DNA from: a virus
Lineage: Duplodnaviria; Caudoviricetes
Length of the DNA: 61,398 nucleotides
Direction: 5' to 3' (one strand)
Virus record (IMG/VR): IMGVR_UViG_3300029309_000028
Span: 1-61,398 of that record
Positions 29,607 to 38,959 of this stretch are shown here, in pieces (position 1 is the first letter of the stretch; every line of letters starts with the position of its first letter). Both the position numbers and the translations under genes were made by a program. Below the pieces are notes generated by a model. It saw only the letters and a list, made by a program, of their open reading frames with translations, did not search any database and had not been told where the DNA came from.

Positions 29607-29801
29607 TTAGAACTGAGCGTTCTTTTGATCTTGTACTTCGATCCTAACTTCTTGAGCTAAGTTCTTCACGTTCATCATAGCTTTTCTAACTCTAGTTCCT
29701 GCAGAGTTATTTCCCTCTACAAATTTATTTACATCACCTTGACAGTCGTTAACTGCGTCTTGCAGTTCATCGAACAGTCTGTGTAGCTTATTAAAAGACA
29801 T
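29607..29801 (-). CDS. Histone H1-like protein, Hc1 family (Bacteroidota type)
   Basis: KFVEGNNSAGTRVRKA...LAQEVR motif. Confidence 0.75.
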   Translation of the reverse strand: MSFNKLHRLFDELQDAVNDCQGDVNKFVEGNNSAGTRVRKAMMNVKNLAQEVRIEVQDQKNAQF

Positions 29802-29824
29802 ATTTAATTTAATTTTATTAGTAT

Positions 29825-30235
29825 TTAAAACTTATAAGATATAGTAAAATTTAATTTACCATCATATTCATCATCACTATTTTTCTTCATTGAAACAGTG
29901 TAGTTAGGATCAATATATAGGCCTTGCCAAATATTAAACGAGTAACCTACGCCTAAATCTAATCTGTCTACATACTCACCTTCACCTTCGGTATCGAACG
30001 AACCGTAAGCCCAACAGTTATCAGCAAAAGTATATCTTGCCATTACTTCATAGTTGTCTTCACCGTCCATTTCTAAACCTAACATAAGTATATCGCTAAC
30101 ATTATAACCAACAGCTAAGTTATCAGTGAAGTTGTATTCATCTTCAACTTCTGTAACTGTAGTCATAACTGTCATCTGCGCTGACGCTACTATTGTAGCT
30201 ACACTGAATAACATTGTTAAAAATAATTTGTTCAT
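29825..30235 (-). CDS. Small outer-membrane beta-barrel protein
   Basis: Signal peptide ending ASA-Q; amphipathic strands; C-terminal ISYKF. Confidence 0.7.
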   Translation of the reverse strand: MNKLFLTMLFSVATIVASAQMTVMTTVTEVEDEYNFTDNLAVGYNVSDILMLGLEMDGEDNYEVMARYTFADNCWAYGSFDTEGEGEYVDRLDLGVGYSFNIWQGLYIDPNYTVSMKKNSDDEYDGKLNFTISYKF

Positions 30236-30249
30236 AATAATTGTTTTAG

Positions 30250-32118
30250 TTATAAGCTTGTTATTTCACAAGATCCACCAGCACAAGCTAATTCACTAGA
30301 TAGATCTGTTTGGTCAGTTGCTTCTTTTACTTTTGTTATATCAACATCATGTAAAGATTTAACTAACTTATTAAACTCCGATTTTTTAATATCTTCAAAA
30401 GGAGCTTGTGTGTATGTTCCACCATCATACGGTAACACAGATAAACCATTATAGTATTCTCTGTTTCTCCACATCCACTCACCTGCTTTATCCCAGTCTT
30501 CTTGTTTTAAACTTATTGTAGCTGAAACGTTATGTGTGTTACTGCCAGATCTATGACCAGCTTTAACCCAGTTTTCTGCTATAAGCTTAACACGTTCTAA
30601 CAAGTCAAACGCAGACTCAGTTCTTAATATAGAACCTTCTGGTGATGACTGCGGTATTTCTATTACTGCAGTATCGTGTGGCCTGAAATATTCATCTTGA
30701 ACAAGTTCAGGGTGGTTTTGTTTTAGATATGTGTATATAGCTTCGTTCTTTCCTACACGAAGTCTACGTACATAATAATCATTATGCCACGCGTGAATAC
30801 CTGATGATGTACCGAGTACAAGAGACGTTGTCCCTGCGGGTTTAACACATGTTGTTCTTGCTGCTCTGTTGATACCAATAAGCTTTGCAACTCTAGTATT
30901 TTCACGCTTAACAACATCTGCGGCTTTATTCATATCTAAATTTAAAACTTTGTTTGACGCTATACCAGTCATTGAAACACCAATTAAAGCGTCACGTTCA
31001 GTAGTCTCTTGCCATACTTCTCTAAGATAATGAAACTCTGTATATCCAGCTTGTAACGTACCTATAAATGAAGCCGCTTTTACTCTAGCGTTTAGATCAT
31101 CTTGATCTTCAATGTTTGATACATTTACTTCGCATAAGTTACAAAACTGAAACGGTCTTAGTGCTATTTCACAACAAGGGTTTGTACCCCAGTCTTTATC
31201 GTTGTTAAAATAAATACCAGGCTCACCGCTACCTGACAACTCAATACGTTTCCATAGATCTAAGAAAAACTCTTTAGTTATCTTGTGTCTTACTAAAACA
31301 GCTGAGTTGTTTGCTCTACCTCGTTGTGGGTTTGTTTCCCACCAGTTACCTGATTTACACGAGACCATCTCATCATCTTTCGCACTAAATAACGATATAA
31401 GAGCTGCTCTTCTGATTCCTCCCGCCAAGACAGCATCCGCAATATGGCAGATAATATCGTGAACTTCAAGCGTTGTAAGTTTTGCACTATCTTGTTTTGC
31501 ATCTAATATTCCTTTAATTTTTAATAAACACTCTTTTAACGGTTGAGGCCCAGGAGCTTTACCGCCAGACGTAACTAGCAATGCTCCTTTTGGCCTAATA
31601 TCAGAATAATCAAACTTTATCTTAGATGATCTCCTAGAGCCTAAATAAGACTTAATTAATACTTTGATTGCGTCTGACCAACCTTCAATACTATCACCGA
31701 TAACAAACCTTCGTGTTCTACCTACAAACGGTTTAGTTACGTGTGGTAGTTTTTCTATATGATGCTTTTGAACACTATAACCAACACCGCAACCAGATAA
31801 CAAAAGAAACATACACTCACTAAAGCTGTCAACGTGGTCAATAGGTAAGTATGAACAGTTGTATAATCTATTCGGGCTGATCTCAATCGGCTTACCGCTG
31901 AACTGAAGCGATCGCATACTTGGTAAAACTTTTTTCTTATATACATATCTATAATTCTCTTCTATTTCATTATATAATTTAGGATATTTTTTTTGGTGCA
32001 TTTCTTTATTACGAGTCACCAGCTCTTCCCATGTTTCTCTTCTGTTAAGTTCTGGGATAAATTTTGCATACTTCATGTACACAGTAATGTCTGATAAAAT
32101 TTTGTTATTTAAATTCAT
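30250..32118 (-). CDS. nrdJ: Class II (adenosylcobalamin-dependent) ribonucleotide reductase
   Basis: TNPCCEIAL, VKPAGTTS, C-terminal ACAGGSC; no beta-subunit gene. Confidence 0.9.
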   Translation of the reverse strand: MNLNNKILSDITVYMKYAKFIPELNRRETWEELVTRNKEMHQKKYPKLYNEIEENYRYVYKKKVLPSMRSLQFSGKPIEISPNRLYNCSYLPIDHVDSFSECMFLLLSGCGVGYSVQKHHIEKLPHVTKPFVGRTRRFVIGDSIEGWSDAIKVLIKSYLGSRRSSKIKFDYSDIRPKGALLVTSGGKAPGPQPLKECLLKIKGILDAKQDSAKLTTLEVHDIICHIADAVLAGGIRRAALISLFSAKDDEMVSCKSGNWWETNPQRGRANNSAVLVRHKITKEFFLDLWKRIELSGSGEPGIYFNNDKDWGTNPCCEIALRPFQFCNLCEVNVSNIEDQDDLNARVKAASFIGTLQAGYTEFHYLREVWQETTERDALIGVSMTGIASNKVLNLDMNKAADVVKRENTRVAKLIGINRAARTTCVKPAGTTSLVLGTSSGIHAWHNDYYVRRLRVGKNEAIYTYLKQNHPELVQDEYFRPHDTAVIEIPQSSPEGSILRTESAFDLLERVKLIAENWVKAGHRSGSNTHNVSATISLKQEDWDKAGEWMWRNREYYNGLSVLPYDGGTYTQAPFEDIKKSEFNKLVKSLHDVDITKVKEATDQTDLSSELACAGGSCEITSL

Positions 32119-32258
32119 TATTTGTCTTTATATATCGTTAAACAAATATCTACAAACAGTAGATATATCACATGGTTAGTTCTGTATTGTTCGACGTATG
32201 ATCTAACGCCGAGTAGAAGACCAGGAAATGTTCCGATACTTAATTCCCAATTTGTCAT
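32118..32258 (-). CDS. Hypothetical 46-aa protein (not in ORF track)
   Basis: ATG at 32258 to TAA at 32118, MTNWELSIGTFPG...; fills the gap with coupled stop/start. Confidence 0.55.
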   Translation of the reverse strand: MTNWELSIGTFPGLLLGVRSYVEQYRTNHVIYLLFVDICLTIYKDK

Positions 32259-32716
32259 TTGATTTTACTTTTGGTTATTAATTCGATTACAGTATCGCAT
32301 TCCTTCTGGTTCTGAGGTTTATATAAAGTTACATGTGGCATATTCGCTTTTACATACTTTTTAAATAATTTCCAACGCATTGGAAAACTTTCATTAGCAC
32401 GGCCTTTGCACTCTATTATAAATGAATTACTTATGAAGTCTGGTGTGTATTTAATTGGTAATATTTTTTTGTTACCTCTGTTTTTAAATTCACCTTTACC
32501 GTTGCTTTGACGCTCGTAACTTTGCACATCAAACTCAAAACCTTCTTGTATTGTATATGTTTTACCTTCGTATTTATTTTTTATTTTAGCTTTTTTAAGA
32601 GCAAGATACATATACTTTTCAAGACCGGAAGCAAACTTGATCCCGTCACAAACTACTTTTTTAGCTTGGACAGGACCACGTTTTCTTTTTAATCTGCCTC
32701 TAATTCTTCTTTTCAT
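32255..32716 (-). CDS. PD-(D/E)XK endonuclease, T7 endonuclease I / resolvase-like
   Basis: FASGLE...YTPDF...IECKG. Confidence 0.75.
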   Translation of the reverse strand: MKRRIRGRLKRKRGPVQAKKVVCDGIKFASGLEKYMYLALKKAKIKNKYEGKTYTIQEGFEFDVQSYERQSNGKGEFKNRGNKKILPIKYTPDFISNSFIIECKGRANESFPMRWKLFKKYVKANMPHVTLYKPQNQKECDTVIELITKSKIK

Positions 32717-32969
32717 TTAATTCTTCTCTTGCAGCTTGTATATACAATATAGCATCCATAAGCTCTTCTTGTATATCGTTTAAATATTCAGCTAAGCCTT
32801 TAACACCAGATGTTCTTTCATCATGTAATGTTTGGCCGTACTTTTCATAACCTATATCTGAACGATCAACAAACTTATCTACAACGTTTTTAACGACTTC
32901 ATCACGAAAGCCATAAGACTTTCTAGCTACGATACCTCGTTTAGCATCTATTATTTCTCTGTCTGACAT
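32700..32969 (-). CDS. All-alpha NTP pyrophosphohydrolase-like protein (probable start MSDRE)
   Basis: R..IGYEKYG.TL...IQEELMDAILY MazG-like acidic helix. Confidence 0.55.
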   Translation of the reverse strand: MSDREIIDAKRGIVARKSYGFRDEVVKNVVDKFVDRSDIGYEKYGQTLHDERTSGVKGLAEYLNDIQEELMDAILYIQAAREELNEKKN

Positions 32970-32970
32970 A

Positions 32971-33792
32971 TTAATCTTTTTTAAATGTTCCGTTATCCAT
33001 TTTACCTGTACGATCTTTAATCTCTTGATATGCTTGTTCAATACAGTCTTCTATTGACACACCAAGCAATTCAGCTAAGTTAGTTAATACAACTACACAA
33101 TCACCAATACCGTCAATAGCATCATGATCTTCGTTTTTAAGTATAGCTCTACACGTTTCACCAACTTCTTCAACAAGCTTTAACGCTTGTGTTTTAGTAT
33201 CACCGTGCTCATACAAACCTCTTTCATCAGCCCACTCTCTAATTAACTCGAAATAACTAGTTTGTAACTTTATACCGTTTTGCTTGTGTTTATGTCTATA
33301 GTCTGACATAATACCACCGGTTAATGTTACATGTGAATGTGGATCGTTGTTATCAAACCATCTAGCAAAAGCTTTATTATATACATAACATCTTTCTTTG
33401 TTATACATAGACTCTTTTACATTTTTCATAATCCATTTAATAGACTCTTCTGTTAACAAACACTCACCGTGTTCTGTTGACCATTTCATACCTATGTTAT
33501 CGATTAATCGACCTTTAAGTTTGTTGACTGGTACAGGAAACGTTGTTGTTTGCTCTGTTACGTTTATCTTCATTTTATTACATTTTAATTTATTATAAGG
33601 TACTTCATCTACTCTATATTTGTAGAATTTTTGCATTACTTGCTCTGCAGCAGATATAAAATCTATATCGTTAGAAGTTTCAAGAACTTCGTACTCGTGT
33701 GGGTAATAACCTTGTTGTTTGTGTACTCTGTTTTCAAGATCAGATGTTACACCTATTTTTTTACCTGGTATGTGATATAAATAGTACGTCAT
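32971..33792 (-). CDS. mazG: Fusion: GIY-YIG-like N-terminus plus C-terminal MazG-like NTP pyrophosphohydrolase
   Basis: YYLYHIPGKKIGVT..L..R; WADERGL...KLVEEVGE...DGIGD. Confidence 0.7.
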   Translation of the reverse strand: MTYYLYHIPGKKIGVTSDLENRVHKQQGYYPHEYEVLETSNDIDFISAAEQVMQKFYKYRVDEVPYNKLKCNKMKINVTEQTTTFPVPVNKLKGRLIDNIGMKWSTEHGECLLTEESIKWIMKNVKESMYNKERCYVYNKAFARWFDNNDPHSHVTLTGGIMSDYRHKHKQNGIKLQTSYFELIREWADERGLYEHGDTKTQALKLVEEVGETCRAILKNEDHDAIDGIGDCVVVLTNLAELLGVSIEDCIEQAYQEIKDRTGKMDNGTFKKD

Positions 33793-34445
33793 ACTTTATC
33801 GTTATATAAATGCATATTGTGTGCAAAGTGGTAGTATACACCAACCTCAACACCGACTTCGTGAGCTATCATTTTTTGTAGCTCTGAAAAACAATACTGA
33901 TCGTTGCAAAAGCCATACCATAGATCGTTACTACGCATAACAACACACATATCTAGTTTATCATGTAGTATTGTAAATTGCACGGCGTAAGTACATGGTG
34001 TGTCTTGTTCATAGGTATTATGCTCTTTACAGTCGTATATACTTATTGCAGCATGTCTTGTGTTATGTTTTTCTTTGAGTTTGTTAATTACATAATATAT
34101 TTGATTATTACGTAACCATTGCCAACCGTAATTAGAATTAACATTACCTTTGCTGTCAGCCATACGTTTCCATATTTCAGGTATTTTACCGTATACCTTA
34201 CCAAGCTCAGATATATTTCTATTACCAGATAAATACCACTGCCATTCGGCTTGAGCATAATCTAGTTTCCAGTTACGTTCTTTGTTTGTGATTTCGTTAG
34301 CTAAAGGATTTGTAATGTAGAAACCTACATTAAACAAAGCTTTTGTGTTGTCAAAATCTACACCGTTTTGTATAATAGCGTCGTGTAGATATTCGTAAGC
34401 TTCGTTAGCTGTTTGGAATTTTTTGTTGTTTATTGTATTTATCAT
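33789..34445 (-). CDS. Thymidylate-synthase-superfamily enzyme, dCMP hydroxymethylase (T4 gp42)-like
   Basis: EWQWYLSG...IWKRMADSKGNVNSNYG, PCT, MRSNDLWYGFCND (Asp at the specificity position), HLY. Confidence 0.75.
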   Translation of the reverse strand: MINTINNKKFQTANEAYEYLHDAIIQNGVDFDNTKALFNVGFYITNPLANEITNKERNWKLDYAQAEWQWYLSGNRNISELGKVYGKIPEIWKRMADSKGNVNSNYGWQWLRNNQIYYVINKLKEKHNTRHAAISIYDCKEHNTYEQDTPCTYAVQFTILHDKLDMCVVMRSNDLWYGFCNDQYCFSELQKMIAHEVGVEVGVYYHFAHNMHLYNDKV

Positions 34446-34695
34446 AATAGTATTTATAGTATTCGTAAACTTTATCTAATACATTATCATCATATCTTTT
34501 TGGATCGTGATGTGATGTGCCATTTATACGTATCTCTATTTGCCAAAGATTATATTCGTGTTTAAAGTCTGGTGTTACACCAATGTGTATGTTTTTATTC
34601 ATACACCATCCGACGATCTTCATTTGATCTTCGTCCCACACTTTTGTAGGGGCTTTTTTCTTTGGTAGCTTTTTTCTCCAGTGCTTCATTCCCAA
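34405..34695 (-). CDS. Hypothetical protein
   Basis: Overlapping ORF in the replication operon. Confidence 0.55.
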   Translation of the reverse strand: MGMKHWRKKLPKKKAPTKVWDEDQMKIVGWCMNKNIHIGVTPDFKHEYNLWQIEIRINGTSHHDPKRYDDNVLDKVYEYYKYYYDKYNKQQKIPNS

Positions 34696-36398
34696 GGCAT
34701 TGGCTCGTTCTCATCTACAACTTGTTCATTAGAAACAAATGTACCAGAACGTGGTTCCCATGTAAAATGAGCTTCAGCACCGTTTTCACCTAAGTTTTGA
34801 AACTTAACTTTAAGTACCTTAACTTTAGTTGTTTTAGCTTCATAGTCTCTGTGTACTAATAAACCGTGGTAACTAGCATCATACCATTCACCACCACCTT
34901 TAATGTTGTACATGGTTGGCTCTTCAATTTTACCATCTTGTCCTTTATACATTTTAGTAGGATGCGCAACGATAAAAGTTAACACATCATACTTTTTACA
35001 AAAAGCTTCGATTTTAGCTAGATAATCCATTGTGTAACGGTTTACGTCATCTGATTTAGCATCGACATCTCTAATCTTATTAAACGGGTCAAGAACTAAA
35101 CATTTAATACCTTTACGTTTAACAAGCTCAGCTCCTTTACGTAATACAGACTCTAAACTGTATTTATCCATATCAATGAAGAAATAATTATCATTAACAT
35201 GATTAGTTACTTGTTGCCATTTACCGTTACCAATATCACCAACACCTGGCATATCTTGCCAATGCTTACGCATTAATTTATGTGCGTGTAGATATACTGG
35301 TTGATTTTCTGGACTTGCATACGCAGTTTTCCAACCGTATAGATTATTGTAACCAACAACCATTTGATCAACAAAGTCAGACTTACCAGAACTAGGGATG
35401 CCAGTGACAGTAATAAACTGCCCAGTGTAAGTGCTAAATATTTTGTCAAAGTTTTCAATGCCGATTTGGAAACCGGGTTTAAATCCGTTTTTAACGAAGT
35501 CTCTAAGTTCATCTTCTACATCTTTTAAAGTTGATACATTTTCAAGTGGTACTGGTCGCGCGTTGTATATAGCATCGCTTAACTCTTGCTTACCGTACTT
35601 GAGTAAATAGTCGTTTGCGTCTTTCTCGCCGTTAAAATCTACAAGATAACATACTTCAGCGCCGAGCCTACGTACAAGCTCTTGCTTTAACATCTGGCCA
35701 GGATCATCAGCATCAACAGCTAGTATTATCTTTTGTTTATCATCGAAGTAATCGATGCAGTTATCAAGATAATCTAAGTTGTTGTTGTTTAATGTAGCTC
35801 CGTTAGGTACAGAGATCGCGTTTGTAATACCAGCTTCGTGTAAAGCTAATACATCTATCTCGCCTTCGGTTATAACACACCAGTCATAACCGACAATACT
35901 ATTAATATTGTAAAATACTTTTTCAGCGCCTTTAAATAATTTAAAGTTTTTTCTACCATCACGGTATTTAATATTAATGAGCTGATCACCCATATAATAA
36001 TTAAACTGAATAGTATTTTCTTGTCTACCTGTCTGTGGCATAAACTCAGAACCTTCAGAAACCTGTAAAGCTCTAAGTGTATGTTTAGATATACCACGTT
36101 TGTCAAACCACTCTTCAACTTTCGTACTTACCTCGTTTAAGTTGGTAGGCTTAGTAGGCCTAGTATAGACCTTCTCGCTCGCACCCTTGCGTTGATAAGT
36201 ATGAAGTTGAAAAGAGGTGTTACAATTGTGACAGGTACCGAGACCACGTTCCCAGTCGTAAGAAGCACATTTAGCCTTCTGATTTTTGGGTTTCCTAGTA
36301 TGAGAGCACAACGGGCAAATGCCTTGTGATGCGCCTTCTTTTAGGCTATGTTTATTGAACTCGTCAATAACAAATCCATTGATCTCAACTGTCTGCAT
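34686..36398 (-). CDS. Bifunctional primase-helicase (T7 gp4/Twinkle-like)
   Basis: CPLC...CHNC zinc finger; TOPRIM ITEGEID...DADDPG; Walker A GIPSSGKS; LDPFN, VAHP. Confidence 0.92.
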   Translation of the reverse strand: MQTVEINGFVIDEFNKHSLKEGASQGICPLCSHTRKPKNQKAKCASYDWERGLGTCHNCNTSFQLHTYQRKGASEKVYTRPTKPTNLNEVSTKVEEWFDKRGISKHTLRALQVSEGSEFMPQTGRQENTIQFNYYMGDQLINIKYRDGRKNFKLFKGAEKVFYNINSIVGYDWCVITEGEIDVLALHEAGITNAISVPNGATLNNNNLDYLDNCIDYFDDKQKIILAVDADDPGQMLKQELVRRLGAEVCYLVDFNGEKDANDYLLKYGKQELSDAIYNARPVPLENVSTLKDVEDELRDFVKNGFKPGFQIGIENFDKIFSTYTGQFITVTGIPSSGKSDFVDQMVVGYNNLYGWKTAYASPENQPVYLHAHKLMRKHWQDMPGVGDIGNGKWQQVTNHVNDNYFFIDMDKYSLESVLRKGAELVKRKGIKCLVLDPFNKIRDVDAKSDDVNRYTMDYLAKIEAFCKKYDVLTFIVAHPTKMYKGQDGKIEEPTMYNIKGGGEWYDASYHGLLVHRDYEAKTTKVKVLKVKFQNLGENGAEAHFTWEPRSGTFVSNEQVVDENEPMPWE

Positions 36399-36400
36399 AA

Positions 36401-36706
36401 TTAAAACGGTAAGTCATCAGCAGGTGCTGCGGCCGGTGCAGGTGCCGGTACGTCAGTCCTTGGTGCTGGTTCAACATTGTTACCGTTTGTCCATACTACC
36501 TTAACATTACCAAGATATGTCTTAGCTGCTTTAGCATCTCTTTCATCTTTGGTTTGTTCTACAACTACTGGACCTTGATTACCGAACTGATCTAGCTCGT
36601 CATTCAACGTAATTGTAATAGGTAGATATTTACCTTTAGCACCTTGATATATTTTATCTTTAGGTATCTTGTTAAGGTCAATATTAGCTTTTATAATACT
36701 AGCCAT
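36401..36706 (-). CDS. ssb: Single-stranded DNA-binding protein (Bacteroidota phage type)
   Basis: Small OB-like ORF with acidic C-terminal DDLPF tail. Confidence 0.7.
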   Translation of the reverse strand: MASIIKANIDLNKIPKDKIYQGAKGKYLPITITLNDELDQFGNQGPVVVEQTKDERDAKAAKTYLGNVKVVWTNGNNVEPAPRTDVPAPAPAAAPADDLPF

Positions 36707-36873
36707 TAATAATTATTTATTTGGTTAAACATTCTCATAATTTGTTCTTTTGTAGCGCCACTGTTTCTTCTTAGATTATCTATAGCTTTAACATGGTTTT
36801 GATTTGTGTAAAAATTCTTTTCAGATGTTTTAACACCGCTTACGCTACATACTTTTTGCTTTGTTCTAGGCAT
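36706..36873 (-). CDS. Hypothetical 55-aa protein (not in ORF track)
   Basis: MPRTKQKVCSVSG...; TAA overlaps the ssb ATG. Confidence 0.55.
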   Translation of the reverse strand: MPRTKQKVCSVSGVKTSEKNFYTNQNHVKAIDNLRRNSGATKEQIMRMFNQINNY

Positions 36874-36885
36874 AATTATTTGGTT

Positions 36886-37617
36886 TTATAATGTTTTGCT
36901 TATGAAATACTGTTTAGGATCAAAGTCCTTGGTCTTGTAAAACAAGTCATAAGCTTCACTTGCTCTACGCACCTTATCTTCACCGCGTTCATAAAACTCA
37001 GGTGAACAGTCAAACACACCAATTTGATGTGTTGTTTTATCTATTACAACAAACACCATCTCATAACCAAACATTTTACTGTATATATAAGCTTGTGAAT
37101 CGTAATTGTATCTATTTGCTGACCATCTGAAACCTTCTATATCTGCGGTTGTTTTTAAGTCGATAACTAGTTTCTCATTGTGATTAACAATATCAGCTTT
37201 ACCTTTCCACGTATTATCAAACAATTGTATTATCCCAGGTTGTTCGTATTTGTTTTGTGTATCAACTATAAGATCTTTACATATATCGTTTGACATTATC
37301 TTGTCACGCATAAAAACTATATCATCAACTTCTTTTTGTAGCAAGCATAGCTCACCGCCAGACATATCTTTGTATACTTTGGTGTTTCTGGTTGCAGAAG
37401 GTATAACCTTAAACTTTTCGAGTTTATCTGGTTCAAGTATACACGTGTGGAAATAACCACCAACAAGAAATGCTGGCGAGGCTTTACTTGGCTCGTGAAG
37501 AGCTAACGGATTTTTGAGCAACGTTTTTATATCTGAGTTAGATAAGTACTGCTGGCCAAATTTACCGTAATAATCTTCGTCGTTACAAAGTCTTTGTAAG
37601 ATTTGTTCTTTGTTCAT
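36886..37617 (-). CDS. PD-(D/E)XK exonuclease (RecE/DUF3799-like)
   Basis: LSNSDIK, GGYFHTCILEP, KGKAD, IDLKTT, YDSQAYIY. Confidence 0.8.
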   Translation of the reverse strand: MNKEQILQRLCNDEDYYGKFGQQYLSNSDIKTLLKNPLALHEPSKASPAFLVGGYFHTCILEPDKLEKFKVIPSATRNTKVYKDMSGGELCLLQKEVDDIVFMRDKIMSNDICKDLIVDTQNKYEQPGIIQLFDNTWKGKADIVNHNEKLVIDLKTTADIEGFRWSANRYNYDSQAYIYSKMFGYEMVFVVIDKTTHQIGVFDCSPEFYERGEDKVRRASEAYDLFYKTKDFDPKQYFISKTL

Positions 37618-38143
37618 TTGTTAATTTATATTTATTTTCAATAGCATCAACAGTACCACCAGCCGCTACATATTCTTTAGCTTTACTTAACTGATCTTGT
37701 GTTATAGCTGGTTTTGCAGCTTCTTTAATTTTAGACACAGCTTTAGATTTACCGTGTGTATTACCACCATCGGCATCTTGTGTGTCATCGATTAAAAACA
37801 AATTACCAAGCGCATACTTTTTACCGTAAGATGATGCTGCACCAAACTGTTGTGCTGCTTGCATACCTTTTTGATTTAAGTCTACACCGACTATTGCTGT
37901 TGTTGAAATTTGATTTTCGCCATCAGAAATAATGGCTGTTGATTTTAGCATTGGAACAGGATCTGTTGCTAGTATATCTTCGTCTATTGTTACTGAAACA
38001 TTATGTTTAAGTAGAAAAGGTTTTACTGCTTCTAGTATATCCTCTGCTTTACGGAAATAATATTTACCGAACGAGTTGTAACTCGATTTTTTAACTTTAA
38101 GCTCAGTTTGTATTTGAGCTAGTTTTTGGTTTAATTCTTTCAT
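37583..38143 (-). CDS. erf: ERF-family ssDNA annealing protein
   Basis: KSSYNSFGKYYFR.AEDI...GAASSYGKKYALGNLFLIDDTQDAD. Confidence 0.88.
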   Translation of the reverse strand: MKELNQKLAQIQTELKVKKSSYNSFGKYYFRKAEDILEAVKPFLLKHNVSVTIDEDILATDPVPMLKSTAIISDGENQISTTAIVGVDLNQKGMQAAQQFGAASSYGKKYALGNLFLIDDTQDADGGNTHGKSKAVSKIKEAAKPAITQDQLSKAKEYVAAGGTVDAIENKYKLTNEQRTNLTKTL

Positions 38144-38164
38144 AGGTTTATTGGTTTGTATATA

Positions 38165-38193
38165 TATAGTTACACATTAATTGTACGCTTTTA
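38165..38193 (-). promoter_or_regulatory. Putative class II promoter for the recombination/replication operon
   Basis: Minus strand TAAAA-N14-TGTAACTATA, between sigma and erf. Confidence 0.45.
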
Positions 38194-38203
38194 AGTTTGT
38201 AAC

Positions 38204-38959
38204 TTACAGAAAATCAATGACTTGCGAAGAGTCTACATTGTCTATAAGCTTTTGTATAGCTTGCTTTTTTAGTTGTGAAACACGTACGTAAGAGCTACTA
38301 CCGTTAATACCTATTTTGTTAGCTATTTCAGTCGCAGAGTGCTTAACACAGTCAAGGCCATAGCTCATACGTAATACATCATATTCTTTATTATCAAGAT
38401 GTAACTTAAGTATACTTAACAAATAACTATTTAACATAGCGTTATTGTACTTGTTAGAATCATCTGGTATTTGATATACATAGCTACTTTCACTTGCACC
38501 TACATCGTCTATACTAGCAAACACAGAGTTAAAAAATAACTCAACAGCTTTTTTACCATCGCCTTTACGTATTTCATTTAGTTTATGCTCAGGTATACGC
38601 ATGTTACCTCTGTTAATATCAATACCTCTACGTATTGCACCTTTTATACGCTTAGATAAAAACGACTTAATTGTTTTTTCTTGATCTTCAGATTCCATAA
38701 TAGTGTCCCAGTGTATTTTATCTACAGCTCTTATTAAGCCTGCAGAACCTTCTTGTATTAAATCGTTAATACTCATAACACCGCTAGCTTGTTGTGATGT
38801 TGCAAACTTACGCGCTAAGTTTTCTACAAGTGGCATGAACAATATTATTAGCTCATCTCTAGTATAATCTCTATAATCAAATTTTTGTGGTAATCTTTTA
38901 TAAGCTTGTTTTAAATCTTGCTTATATCTAATGTAGTTTTGTACATTATAACTTTTCAT
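38204..38959 (-). CDS. Phage-encoded sigma70-family RNA polymerase sigma factor
   Basis: Region 2: PLVENLARKF...DLIQEGSAGLIRAVDK...RIKGAIRR; region 4: LDNKEYDVLRMSYGL...TEIANKIGI...RVSQLKKQAIQKL. Confidence 0.9.
   Translation of the reverse strand: MKSYNVQNYIRYKQDLKQAYKRLPQKFDYRDYTRDELIILFMPLVENLARKFATSQQASGVMSINDLIQEGSAGLIRAVDKIHWDTIMESEDQEKTIKSFLSKRIKGAIRRGIDINRGNMRIPEHKLNEIRKGDGKKAVELFFNSVFASIDDVGASESSYVYQIPDDSNKYNNAMLNSYLLSILKLHLDNKEYDVLRMSYGLDCVKHSATEIANKIGINGSSSYVRVSQLKKQAIQKLIDNVDSSQVIDFL

Noticed and set aside
33789-34445. Plain thyA annotation
   Set aside because: The specificity residue is Asp rather than Asn and the flanking motifs resemble T4 gp42, so the thyA symbol was withheld
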